A stretch of DNA of 64,000 nucleotides, from assembly GCA_047972415.1 (NCBI GenBank), contig JBKEAN010000056.1, positions 9,111-73,110 on the forward strand, written 5' to 3'. Each line of letters begins with the position of its first letter. Position 1 is the stretch's first letter. Position numbers and translations under genes: made by a program. This stretch comes from Mangrovibacterium sp. Its GTDB lineage: Bacteria > Bacteroidota > Bacteroidia > Bacteroidales > Prolixibacteraceae. Below, in pieces: positions 9,028 through 18,596 of the stretch. The notes beneath the pieces are model-generated. The model had not been told where the DNA came from. It worked only from the letters and a program-made list of their open reading frames with translations, and searched no databases.

Positions 9028-11433
9028 TTATTGCCCAACGGTTGCCGTAAGCTTCAGTGGCACTTTTTTAATCGCGTCATAGGCACATTCGTCAATACAC
9101 AAGCCGCATTTCACGCAGGTTTCGGTATTAATAGTATGCACATCGTAAGGCGTATAGGGTATCGCATCTACCGGGCAGGCTTTGGCACATTTGGTACAGC
9201 CAATACACTGGTCGGTTACCACAAACTGAATCAGGTCTTTGCAGGTTCCTGTTTTGCAAACTCCCCGGACATGCTCCTCGTACTCGTTCCTGAAATACTT
9301 TAACGTCGTTAAAACAGGGTTCGGGGCGGTTTTCCCCAGTCCGCAAAGCGACGATTTTTTTACGTTCAGTGCCAGTTCTTCCAGGCGGTCAATGTCTTCC
9401 ACCACGGCTTTGCCTGAACAAATGCGTTCCAGAATATCGAGCATACGGCGGATACCAACCCGGCAGAAGGTGCATTTTCCGCAAGATTGCTCGCAGGTAA
9501 AGCTTAAAAAATAGCGTGCCATATCTACCATGCAATCTTTTTCGCTCAGCACAACTAATCCTCCAGAGCCCATCATGGCGCCCATTTGGTTGAAGGCATC
9601 AAAGTCAACCTGAACACCGCACAAATTGGCCGGGATGCAGCCACCCGAAGGGCCGCCGATTTGAACAGCTTTCAATTGGTGACCGCCTTCAACACCTCCG
9701 CCAATATCGTCGATAATCTGGTTAAGTGTTATTCCCATAGGTACTTCAATCAAACCACCGTTCCGTATTTTTCCGGCCAGTGCAAATACTTTGGTGCCTT
9801 TGCTGTTTGCCGTTCCAATGGATTGGTAATGCTGAACGCCCTTGTTAATGATGTACGAAACCTGGCTGAATGTTTCCACATTGTTGACTAGGGTGGGCAG
9901 TCCGTTGAGGCCGGCAACGGCGGGGTATGGTGGACGTTGTCTGGGGAATCCCCGATCGCCTTCGATGGAGGCAATCAATGCGGTTTCTTCGCCGCAAACA
10001 AAGGCACCGGCACCTTCAAAAATCTCAATGTCGAACGAAAAATTGCTATTACCAATGTTCGGCCCCAATAACTTTTTGTCGCGGCATAACTGAAGTGCTG
10101 ACCGTATCCGTTTTACAGCCAGCGGATATTCGGCACGAATGTAAAAGATACCCTGGCTTGCGCCGGTTGCATAGGCAGCAATCAACATGCCCTCAATAAC
10201 TCTGAACGGATACGATTCGAGTATCATCCGGTCCATAAAAGCGCCCGGATCGCCTTCGTCGCCATTGCAAATCACGTATTTTCCGGAGCCGCCGGACGAT
10301 GCCACCATTTGCCACTTTTTGCCAGTTAAAAAACCACCTCCTCCCCGCCCCCGAAGCCCACTTTCAAAAACAGCACGGACGACTTCGGCCGGATTGCTTT
10401 CGGAGATAACTTTTTTCAGTGCCTCGAATCCCCCGTGGGCAATATATTCATCCAAATTTAATGGAGCCAGGTAACCATAACCATTTGTAGAAATATGGAT
10501 TTGCCCGGATAAAAAGCTATCAATAACACCAGTACGCTCATTTTCGGGCTTCCAAATCACATTGTCCCAAGTCAGGTCGGTATGGAACGTGTCAATTTGA
10601 TTAAACAAGTTGTTTTTGATGCGCTTAAGTAAACTTCCGGGTTTAAAGTGGTGGTGAAGGATTTCTTTGATTTCCTCCGGTTTCACATTCGGGTACCTTG
10701 TAATTTCGCCTTTTTCATCAACAACATCAATTAAAGGAACCTTGTTGCACACCCCAACGCAACCGACCGACTTGAGCTGGACTTCAATTCCCAGTTCTTC
10801 GGATGTTTTCTGCAATTCGGTGTAAATGGCCGACGAGCCGCTGGCCTGACAGCAGGAACCCATGCCAAGCCGTATTTCGCCCGAAACCTTCGTTTTTGAA
10901 TTCGTTGAACGCGCTTTTTCTTCCTGTTCCTGTTGCTCCAGAAAATCATCGATAAGTTCGTTGACTTTTCCCGGCAGAACGTGCCCGTATATTTTTTCAT
11001 CAACCTGAACAACCGGGGCCAACGTACAACATCCCAGGCAGGCAACCTTTTCAATGGAAAACAGTTGGTCGTTTGTGGTAATGCTATCGTCTTGCATTTG
11101 GAGTTCGCGCCGGAACGAATCATACACGTTAGCTGCTCCCTTTACGTGGCAAGCCGTACCGCTGCAAACTTTAATCAAGTGCTTACCGTACGGGATGTGG
11201 CGGAATTGGGAATAAAAGGTTGAAACGCTGATGAGTTGTGCCCGGTCAATTTCCGTTTTGTCGTAGAGGCGGTTAATGGCTTCTGCTGGCAGGTAGCTAA
11301 ATTCGTTTTGTATGGCTTGCAAAAGCGGGATAATGACGTTCCGGCTTGTTCCGATACGCCCGATAATTTCATCAACCTTAGTTATCGTTGAATCCGGCGT
11401 TTGGTTTTCGTTGTTATTACAAGTACAACTCAT
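9028..11433 (-). CDS. NuoE-NuoF (HydC-HydB-like) fusion, NADH-binding flavo-FeS protein
   Basis: CSGTAC...CLGCC [2Fe-2S]; second thioredoxin-like Cys domain; GRGGGGF; CNGDEGDPGAFMDR; GAFVCGEETAL; GGPSGG; SCGKCTFCR; C-terminal 2x[4Fe-4S]. Confidence 0.92.
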   Translation of the reverse strand: MSCTCNNNENQTPDSTITKVDEIIGRIGTSRNVIIPLLQAIQNEFSYLPAEAINRLYDKTEIDRAQLISVSTFYSQFRHIPYGKHLIKVCSGTACHVKGAANVYDSFRRELQMQDDSITTNDQLFSIEKVACLGCCTLAPVVQVDEKIYGHVLPGKVNELIDDFLEQQEQEEKARSTNSKTKVSGEIRLGMGSCCQASGSSAIYTELQKTSEELGIEVQLKSVGCVGVCNKVPLIDVVDEKGEITRYPNVKPEEIKEILHHHFKPGSLLKRIKNNLFNQIDTFHTDLTWDNVIWKPENERTGVIDSFLSGQIHISTNGYGYLAPLNLDEYIAHGGFEALKKVISESNPAEVVRAVFESGLRGRGGGGFLTGKKWQMVASSGGSGKYVICNGDEGDPGAFMDRMILESYPFRVIEGMLIAAYATGASQGIFYIRAEYPLAVKRIRSALQLCRDKKLLGPNIGNSNFSFDIEIFEGAGAFVCGEETALIASIEGDRGFPRQRPPYPAVAGLNGLPTLVNNVETFSQVSYIINKGVQHYQSIGTANSKGTKVFALAGKIRNGGLIEVPMGITLNQIIDDIGGGVEGGHQLKAVQIGGPSGGCIPANLCGVQVDFDAFNQMGAMMGSGGLVVLSEKDCMVDMARYFLSFTCEQSCGKCTFCRVGIRRMLDILERICSGKAVVEDIDRLEELALNVKKSSLCGLGKTAPNPVLTTLKYFRNEYEEHVRGVCKTGTCKDLIQFVVTDQCIGCTKCAKACPVDAIPYTPYDVHTINTETCVKCGLCIDECAYDAIKKVPLKLTATVGQ

Positions 11434-11434
11434 G

Positions 11435-13258
11435 TTAATTAGCTGTTACGCAGTAAATATTTTCTTCTGTACGAACCACGATTTTACCATCGGTAAATGC
11501 CGGCGTTGCAAAGGTCCGCTCTCCGGTTTCGACGGAACTAAGTAATTTAAACTCATCGTCGGTAGAAAAGATGTGCATGGTGCCATCGGTACTAAAAAGA
11601 AAGATTTTCCCTTCAGCAATGATTGGCGACGAATAGAATTCGTTGTTAAGCTCGTGTTGCTTTTCCAATACGCCTGTTGTGCCATTGTAGGCAGCAATAA
11701 CCCCATAGCTTGTGGCAACATAAACCTTGTTAGCCGTTGCTACCGGACTGGATACCTCGGGTAAAAAGTCGCTGGCCTGCCAAAGTTGGGAGCCATCGGC
11801 GCCGTTAATTGCGGTCAGTGCTGCGTATTCGCTAGCACCGTAAACAATTCCGTTTGCCGAACAGGCACTGGCTCCAACTTCGCCCGAAAGGCAGCTAAGG
11901 TGCCAAAGTTCTTCGCCTGTGAGGGGGTTGTAAGCGGCGATATTCGGGTTCCCCATCAACACCAGTTGTGCTTTGCCATCGATTTGCGCAATGATTGGCG
12001 AACTCCAGGTGATTTTTTCTTTGCGTGTAGCCTTCCATTTTTCCTGCCCGCTGGCCATATCAAAAGCCATCAACCTGGAATCGTTTTGGTTGTCCCATTG
12101 CACAATTAACAGGTTTTGGTAAGTAATTAATGACGAAGCATATCCGTAGTGATTGTCCGGAATTCCCAAGTTCTTCGCCCACAAAAGTTTTCCGGTCATG
12201 TCGGCGCAAAGCAAATCGCCCGTTCCGAAAATAGCACAAACTTGTTTGCCATTGGTTGCTGCAGTTGACGATGCCAGTCCGGTATCGCTGGTTGTTCTTG
12301 GGGCTTTTGCCGGCGAACCGGCAATTTTATCGGCTGCAAGCTGCCACAAGGATGCCCCGTTATTGAGATCGTAACAATAAAGTACGCGGGAGCTTTCGTT
12401 GGCTCCGGTGAAAAAAACTTTATCGCCGTTAATAATCGGTGAACTGTTCCCTTTCATCGGGATTGGTTTTTTCCACGCAACATGGGTACCAGCTTCCAGG
12501 TTCCAGTTTGAAGGGACATTTTTTGCAACGGAAACACCGTTTGAACTATTCCCCCGAAAAGCATTGAAATTAACCGTATTAACCAGAGCTGTCGTTTTTG
12601 TTTCGGCTACGGTTTCGGTCGGATTAGCCGTTTCGGCAGGTGCATTATCGGCTGGTTTTTCGTCGGCTCCATCTGCCGTCAGCGTTTCCTGGCCTTCATT
12701 TTCCACAGCAACTTGCTCCGGTACAGTCGTCGTTGATTGTCCGGCTACGGGTTCGGCTACGGGTTCGCTAGCCGCTTGTTGCGAACCAGTTTCCGAATTG
12801 TTAGACAAAAAAGGTGTACTGAGAAGGGCAAAGCCCAGTGCAATGGCCACAATACCCGCAGCCGCAAAGCCAACATATTTTCGGGCCTGTGTTTTAATCA
12901 GCCACTCGTCAATCGGGTCGAGTTCCTTTTCAGGAATATTACGGTAGTTTGCAAAGTACAGCCGAGTTGATACCAGAAACAGAAGCAACATACCCAGAAG
13001 AATATACAACCCGGACATGAGCCGCTCCATGCTAACAAAATACGCTTTGCGGGCCATTAAGTCCAGCTGGCGGATTTGCTCCTGCAATTCGGTGTTGCCC
13101 GAATTCTGAATATTTAGTTCTTTCAGGTTCTCAATAATCTTTGTTTGCAAAGGCGCCGACTGCCGTATTTGAAAATAGTTGGTTATCAGCATAATTGAAA
13201 ATGTGCAGACAAAAATGGCCGATAGCACAGCAATATTTCTGTAAATTGTTTTTTTCAT
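11435..13258 (-). CDS. Membrane-anchored PQQ-like beta-propeller protein
   Basis: Three N-terminal hydrophobic segments, an Ala/Glu/Thr/Pro-rich linker, then FNAFRGN and propeller repeats. Start MKKTIYR overlaps the upstream stop (ATGA). Confidence 0.8.
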   Translation of the reverse strand: MKKTIYRNIAVLSAIFVCTFSIMLITNYFQIRQSAPLQTKIIENLKELNIQNSGNTELQEQIRQLDLMARKAYFVSMERLMSGLYILLGMLLLFLVSTRLYFANYRNIPEKELDPIDEWLIKTQARKYVGFAAAGIVAIALGFALLSTPFLSNNSETGSQQAASEPVAEPVAGQSTTTVPEQVAVENEGQETLTADGADEKPADNAPAETANPTETVAETKTTALVNTVNFNAFRGNSSNGVSVAKNVPSNWNLEAGTHVAWKKPIPMKGNSSPIINGDKVFFTGANESSRVLYCYDLNNGASLWQLAADKIAGSPAKAPRTTSDTGLASSTAATNGKQVCAIFGTGDLLCADMTGKLLWAKNLGIPDNHYGYASSLITYQNLLIVQWDNQNDSRLMAFDMASGQEKWKATRKEKITWSSPIIAQIDGKAQLVLMGNPNIAAYNPLTGEELWHLSCLSGEVGASACSANGIVYGASEYAALTAINGADGSQLWQASDFLPEVSSPVATANKVYVATSYGVIAAYNGTTGVLEKQHELNNEFYSSPIIAEGKIFLFSTDGTMHIFSTDDEFKLLSSVETGERTFATPAFTDGKIVVRTEENIYCVTAN

Positions 13259-14541
13259 AGCGTTTGAAATCCAGGTTTTGATGCTGCCAAGTTCTGAGGA
13301 CAATAACTAAAACACCGCCCACAGGCAACGCAGTCTGCGTGTTCAATTTCGTATTCTTTTCGCGAACGTTTGGTGGATAAGCCAATCAGAGTAATGCCAA
13401 TAACAAATCCGATTAATCCGCCAGCCAGTGTTGAATAAAGTTTGTAATCTACTTGTATTCTTTCAACATTTTTGGTGAGTTCGTCCACTGTTCGTCCTTG
13501 GCTGTAAAAGGTTTCCAGTTCAAGGGGGAGGCTGTTTGGTGGATTCGTTTCCTGCGGTACAATCATGTTGTACAGGCGAACTTCCTTGTGTGCACGGCTT
13601 AAATCGTTGCTGGCATATCGCATCAACAAGGCGGTTGTAACAACCAAAGCCGGAAGAATAACCGCATAGTTAATAATTCGCTTTACACCCACCATCCGGT
13701 TTTCTTTTACTTTATTTTCATGTGGGGCCCTGATGGCGTCAACCGGGCAGGCATTGTGGCACAGTTCGCAATTAATACAGTTCTGTTTGGTAATCTGTAT
13801 CTTCCAAATAGATACCCGCGAAATTAAGCCAAGCAATACGCCATACGGACAAATAAACCTGCAAAATGGCCTTCCGGTAAATATAGACACAACCAGGAGA
13901 AGAGTGCCAAAAATAATCAGCCCAAAATCGCCCCCTTGCCTGAAAATCCCAATAAAAGGATCGTAACGGCATATAATAAATGTACTGCGCGTAACGGCAT
14001 ATAAAACACCAAAAGTCAGGTAAACCCACGGAATCACGCTTAGTGCGGTGGTCAGCGATTTGGAGAGTTGGTAATTTTTCAGGTTGACCAGCTCTTGTAG
14101 CGCGCCAAACGGACAAACCCCTCCGCAGAAAACCCTTCCGAAGAAGAAAGCAAAAACCATTGGAAGAATAAAAAACAACAAAACAGTTACCGGCAAAATA
14201 TAAGTTGAATCGGCAACCGACAGCGCTACATTTTGAACAGAGCCAATGCTGCAAACACAGCCCACGCGGAAAAAGCCGAAATAGGCAACGGAAATAACAG
14301 AAACCCAGATGATTGGTTTTCGGGTTTGTCGTTTAATCACCGCCCACGAAACAATGCTCATGAGAACAACCAGCAAAATTAAATCGACGATTTGCCAGAA
14401 CGATTCGTGAGGAATGGCGTAGTGGATGTCCGGGTATTGATACCCCGACTCGAAATCGGGTTTTGGAAACCGGTTTTCCGAAAAGGCCGCCAGTTGAATC
14501 AGCAAAGAGCTAAATGTGAAGACTATTTTTTTAATCGGCAT
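13255..14541 (-). CDS. Membrane polyferredoxin, NapH/NosR/RdxA-like 4Fe-4S binding protein
   Basis: Multiple TM helices; GRVFCGGVCPFGALQE and RPFCRFICPYG (CxxxCP); CINCELCHNACP and CVACGRCFSYCP. Confidence 0.88.
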   Translation of the reverse strand: MPIKKIVFTFSSLLIQLAAFSENRFPKPDFESGYQYPDIHYAIPHESFWQIVDLILLVVLMSIVSWAVIKRQTRKPIIWVSVISVAYFGFFRVGCVCSIGSVQNVALSVADSTYILPVTVLLFFILPMVFAFFFGRVFCGGVCPFGALQELVNLKNYQLSKSLTTALSVIPWVYLTFGVLYAVTRSTFIICRYDPFIGIFRQGGDFGLIIFGTLLLVVSIFTGRPFCRFICPYGVLLGLISRVSIWKIQITKQNCINCELCHNACPVDAIRAPHENKVKENRMVGVKRIINYAVILPALVVTTALLMRYASNDLSRAHKEVRLYNMIVPQETNPPNSLPLELETFYSQGRTVDELTKNVERIQVDYKLYSTLAGGLIGFVIGITLIGLSTKRSRKEYEIEHADCVACGRCFSYCPQNLAASKPGFQTL

Positions 14542-14619
14542 ACAATTTAATTTTAAAGCCGGATGCAGCCGGCACCTAATCGTTCATTCGAATTTGTATT
14601 CTCAGCAAACCCGCTTTTT

Positions 14620-15198
14620 TCATGCTTTATCTTTCAGTTTGTAAGCCACATCCAGCGGCCCCAGGCTGATGGCATTCGACGGGCAAGCCATCGCAATCTT
14701 ACATTCGTTACAGTCTTTGCACAGGTCGCGTTTAATTTGAAGGTACAACGAGCCGTTTCCGAACGATGTACAGCCCTTTACACACTTTCCGCATCCGTTG
14801 CACAGGCTTTCTTCGATGGTATATTCGAAATAGGGATCTTCTATAAACTTACGTTTGATTGCTCCCGTTGGGCACATCAGGTTTTCGGCAGCCGTATTCA
14901 GCTCTTTCACGTTCGACACATAATAGCCCCCGCAAAGGTCGCAGTAGCCACAAACCCGGTGGGCATGAACACACCTCACGGCCGACACATTCAATACACA
15001 ATGTGTTTCGCAACGGCCGCACTGGGTGCATTTTGCCGGATCAATCTGCCAGTACTGGCCCGCCTTGGCCTGGCTGGTGTTACGGATAAGGCCTCCGGTA
15101 ACCAAAAGGATGGAACCTCCGGCCGCCGCTGTACCTAACAATTGCAGAAACTTTCGGCGTTCGATCGGGCTTTTTTCGTGAAGTTCTTTTTCTTTCAT
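14620..15198 (-). CDS. Tat-exported polyferredoxin (NapG/DmsB-like)
   Basis: ERRKFLQLLG twin-arginine signal; CTQCGRC, CGYCDLC, CNGCGKC and CKDCNEC Cys motifs. Confidence 0.85.
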   Translation of the reverse strand: MKEKELHEKSPIERRKFLQLLGTAAAGGSILLVTGGLIRNTSQAKAGQYWQIDPAKCTQCGRCETHCVLNVSAVRCVHAHRVCGYCDLCGGYYVSNVKELNTAAENLMCPTGAIKRKFIEDPYFEYTIEESLCNGCGKCVKGCTSFGNGSLYLQIKRDLCKDCNECKIAMACPSNAISLGPLDVAYKLKDKA

Positions 15199-15204
15199 CG
15201 TTTA

Positions 15205-16233
15205 TCAGATTAGGGTTCCTTTCCGGAGTGGGCATACTATTCCGCAGCTGGCACAAGCTGTTTGCGATGCCTGCGCCGGGTCGTATTGAAAAACCGAAAT
15301 CAGGTTTTTACCTGCAACGTACAGCTTATCCCCTGCCGTTTTTATCCTGAAGGCCGCATTCCCGCCGCCCAAGGTTTTGCTATCGAGCAGCAGGCTCAAA
15401 AAATTACCGTCTCTGTCGTAACAGCTAATCCGGGGGTTTCCTTTTTCCGAAGTAATAATTTCCCCGTTTTCAGAGTGGGTAAGGTATGCGGGGTTGCAGC
15501 ATCCGCAAAATTGGCCTGCATCAATTCCGGCGCCGCCAAAAGCACCGATATACATACCGTCAGCCGTATATTTTTCAACTTGGTGACGGCCAGCGTTTGA
15601 ACAGTAAATAAAGCCATCGGAGTAGGTGATGCCAAACGTATAGCTTGGGATAATAAAGCGGTTGGGGCTTTCGATAATCCGGTCGAATGCGCCGCTGGCC
15701 GAGTATTTCACAATGTATTTGTTTGTTGCATCGGTTGCAAAAACCGCGTTACCGCCAATGGCCAACGAGCAATAGTCGGCATTTTCGTTGCAGGCTTCCC
15801 AGCTGGCAAGCATTTCGCCCTGTACATTATAAACTTCAAAACGCGAGGAGAACATGAGGTAAATTTTTTCATCAGAAACGGCCATATCCCGCAAGGTTCC
15901 GCTTATCGGAAAGCTGTTGTCCAGAGAACCGTTCAGGTTATAAACCAGTATGCTTTTCGATGTAGAGCTGATCAGTTTATTGCCGAGTAGTTCCATGCTT
16001 TCAACCCGATCCGGGGTTGCGAAAGACGATACCAGTTTATAGGGCGATTGAAAATCGCCGGCACCGGGCACTAAATTAGTACTTGTTTGCTCGCCCGCAG
16101 CCGCTTTATGCTTGTAGTTTTTCCAGAGCGTTACGCCCGACAGCCCGATAATGGCACCTCCGGCAATAATTGAACCCCCGAGTTGCAGGAATTCTTTCCG
16201 GGAAATGTTTTGGTTTTTTTTAGCCACTTTCAT
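15205..16233 (-). CDS. NHL-repeat-like beta-propeller with GCCNP motif, Tat-like leader
   Basis: SRKEFL leader; FCGCCNPAY; TSEKGNPR; C-terminal CASCGIVCP; paralog of the adjacent gene. Confidence 0.7.
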   Translation of the reverse strand: MKVAKKNQNISRKEFLQLGGSIIAGGAIIGLSGVTLWKNYKHKAAAGEQTSTNLVPGAGDFQSPYKLVSSFATPDRVESMELLGNKLISSTSKSILVYNLNGSLDNSFPISGTLRDMAVSDEKIYLMFSSRFEVYNVQGEMLASWEACNENADYCSLAIGGNAVFATDATNKYIVKYSASGAFDRIIESPNRFIIPSYTFGITYSDGFIYCSNAGRHQVEKYTADGMYIGAFGGAGIDAGQFCGCCNPAYLTHSENGEIITSEKGNPRISCYDRDGNFLSLLLDSKTLGGGNAAFRIKTAGDKLYVAGKNLISVFQYDPAQASQTACASCGIVCPLRKGTLI

Positions 16234-17138
16234 TTTTTCAACGCATAAATGTTAATGAGTTTTTTGTTACAAACGAAAAGGTGATTGCTGTCAACATCGA
16301 TTCTATAAGCTTCGTAACCGCCGCCCAGCAATTGGTTGTTGAGTAAAACCTGCCCGAACTCCCCGTTTTTGCTGAATGTGCTTACACGCGGGTTCCCTTT
16401 TTCGGAGGTGAAGAATTCTCCGTTTTCACCGATTGAAATAAACGCGGGGTTGCAGCAGCCCGCAAAAAAGCCAGATTCTGTGCCCGAGCCGCCGAACGAC
16501 GCTATAAAACTGCCTTCCCTTGTGTACGACTCAATCAGGTGGCGACCCGAATTAACGGCATAAACCGTATCGTTATGGTTCGAAATATCAAACGAATAAC
16601 TAGGGATGAGAAATCCATGCGGACTAAAGATAAACCGGACGAAGTTGCCGTCGCGGGTGTATTGACAAATGTTTTTGTTTTGTACGTCGGTCACAAATGC
16701 AAAATCGGACGTCAGTGTCAGGGCGCAATAATCGGATTGTTCGCTGCAAGCTTCCCAACGGTCGAGCGAGTCTCCGGCGGTGGTATAAACTGCAACAAAT
16801 GTGGGGTACAGAACAAACAATCTGCCCTTGTCAACTGCAATATCGTTACACCCCGCTTGAATCTGAAATTGCCTTATTTTCTCACCGTTTGGGTGGTAAA
16901 TAAAAACAGTTTGCGAGCTGGTTAAGAAAATCGTGTCGCGAACGAGTTCAAAATGAGTTATCTCAAATGGAAATTCGAGTGTTTTGACTTTCTCGATCGA
17001 ACTTACAAATGCTTCCTGAATGTTATTCGTGGTACTTGTCGTTTCGTCTGTATTAACCGAAGAAACGATGTAGGCAATAAAGCCGATGACAACCAAAAAG
17101 ATGATAACGTTGACAATAAAACGACTTGTTTTTCCCAT
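16230..17138 (-). CDS. NHL-repeat-like beta-propeller with GCCNP motif, N-terminal TM anchor
   Basis: N-terminal hydrophobic helix; FAGCCNPAF; TSEKGNPR. Confidence 0.7.
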   Translation of the reverse strand: MGKTSRFIVNVIIFLVVIGFIAYIVSSVNTDETTSTTNNIQEAFVSSIEKVKTLEFPFEITHFELVRDTIFLTSSQTVFIYHPNGEKIRQFQIQAGCNDIAVDKGRLFVLYPTFVAVYTTAGDSLDRWEACSEQSDYCALTLTSDFAFVTDVQNKNICQYTRDGNFVRFIFSPHGFLIPSYSFDISNHNDTVYAVNSGRHLIESYTREGSFIASFGGSGTESGFFAGCCNPAFISIGENGEFFTSEKGNPRVSTFSKNGEFGQVLLNNQLLGGGYEAYRIDVDSNHLFVCNKKLINIYALKK

Positions 17139-17140
17139 AG

Positions 17141-18565
17141 CTAACTAACCTTAATACATTTTACCGTGTGTGCATCCCTCAATAGTAACATGCCATTAGC
17201 GTATGCCATTGGCCCCCAGGCATCAACCCCATCCATTATCCGCTGCTTTCTCAAAAACTTTAAGCTTTGTTTTCCGACTTCGTACATGTAGAGTTCTCCG
17301 TCTTCTTTTAGTGCAAACAGATGGTTATTAATGATCAAATAGGGCCCCAGCCCAAAACGATCGTCGGCGGCCGAGCTCCAAAGCGGTGTATGCAAATCGT
17401 CGGGCGAATAACACACGAGTTTATTGCGCAGGCCTCCCCCATCTTTGGGCATAACCGAAATAATCATGTTATTGTAAATAATAGGCGTTTGTTGCTCACT
17501 GGCAACGCCATCACTCGGTTTGTACTCTTCCAGCACCGTTGCTACCCAGTTTTCGGCAGTGCCATTTATTTGCACCATCGCCCCACCGGCACCATAACCG
17601 GCAACCATAAAAATTCGGTTTCGTGTTACCTGTAGCGGAGAGGGGGCAATTACCGAGGGTTGCCATTTATTGGTGTTCCACAGCGGTTTCCCAATATCTT
17701 CTTTTTCAGCCGATACGCCGCAAATACCGCCAATTCCGGCGTAAACGTAGGTTGGTTTGCCGTTCAGGGCCATTTTCATTACCGACGAGTGCGACATTTT
17801 ATAATTCAACGTGTTGGGAGTTGTCCATTCCACCTGTCCGGTCGAGCAATTTAGCCCGGTGAGTAACACCTCATTTCCGGCAGGGGCCAAAACCAGGGTT
17901 TCGCCATCAACCAGCGGGCATTGGCCAGTATACCAAAACGGAATTTCGGACTTGAATTCTTTTTGCATGTCCAGCGACCATTTCAAATCTCCGGTATTCG
18001 GGTCGCAGCACATTACATGCCCGTTGGGGCCAATCGTAATCACAAAGTCGTTGCCAATAGCGGGGATTGTTCTGGAAAAACCGTGGTTCCGTTTCATGGG
18101 TACACGGTACCAGCGCCGCCAAAGCTCTATGCCTTTCTCTAACGAGAAGCACCTTAGCGCGTCGGAACTTAGGTTTTCATCATAGTCGAGAAAATAAACC
18201 TTCCCGTTGCGAATAACGGGCGAAGCATGTCCCTCACCAGTTTCAACACTCCACAAAACCTGGAACTCCGGAGCATTAAGGTTCAGTATATCATCTGTTT
18301 TGACAATATTTGCCGATCCTTCTCCCCGAAATCCGTTCCACTGACCGGCCAATGTTGAGTTATCATCTTCATTGTAGCGCATAAAAAACTCGCCGATTTT
18401 TACGTCGTCTGCTTTCCGGGCCAATTCGGCCGGGCGGTTATCGGCTCCGGGAGCAAGAATTTCAAAATCCTGTCCGGGACTGTACAAATGCCACCAAACA
18501 ATGACTCCGATCAGAACAATCGCTGTAAAATAGGAAACAAGTTTTATGATTTTGCTTTCGTTCAC
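17141..18565 (-). CDS. PQQ-like beta-propeller protein, N-terminal TM anchor
   Basis: GTG start; WNGFRG motif; GEGHASPV; propeller repeats. Confidence 0.82.
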   Translation of the reverse strand: MNESKIIKLVSYFTAIVLIGVIVWWHLYSPGQDFEILAPGADNRPAELARKADDVKIGEFFMRYNEDDNSTLAGQWNGFRGEGSANIVKTDDILNLNAPEFQVLWSVETGEGHASPVIRNGKVYFLDYDENLSSDALRCFSLEKGIELWRRWYRVPMKRNHGFSRTIPAIGNDFVITIGPNGHVMCCDPNTGDLKWSLDMQKEFKSEIPFWYTGQCPLVDGETLVLAPAGNEVLLTGLNCSTGQVEWTTPNTLNYKMSHSSVMKMALNGKPTYVYAGIGGICGVSAEKEDIGKPLWNTNKWQPSVIAPSPLQVTRNRIFMVAGYGAGGAMVQINGTAENWVATVLEEYKPSDGVASEQQTPIIYNNMIISVMPKDGGGLRNKLVCYSPDDLHTPLWSSAADDRFGLGPYLIINNHLFALKEDGELYMYEVGKQSLKFLRKQRIMDGVDAWGPMAYANGMLLLRDAHTVKCIKVS

Positions 18566-18596
18566 CGTTTGTTTTTTTGGAAGTCGTTGGTTGATA

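Noticed and set aside
9028..11433. Respiratory complex I (nuo) operon or [FeFe]-hydrogenase
   Set aside because: No other nuo subunits are present, and the partner protein lacks H-cluster motifs.
12399..12947. 182-aa plus-strand ORF and similar antisense ORFs (46023..46694, 52044..52733, 52740..53441, 39010..39588)
   Set aside because: These are shadows of well-supported genes on the opposite strand and have no recognisable motifs.
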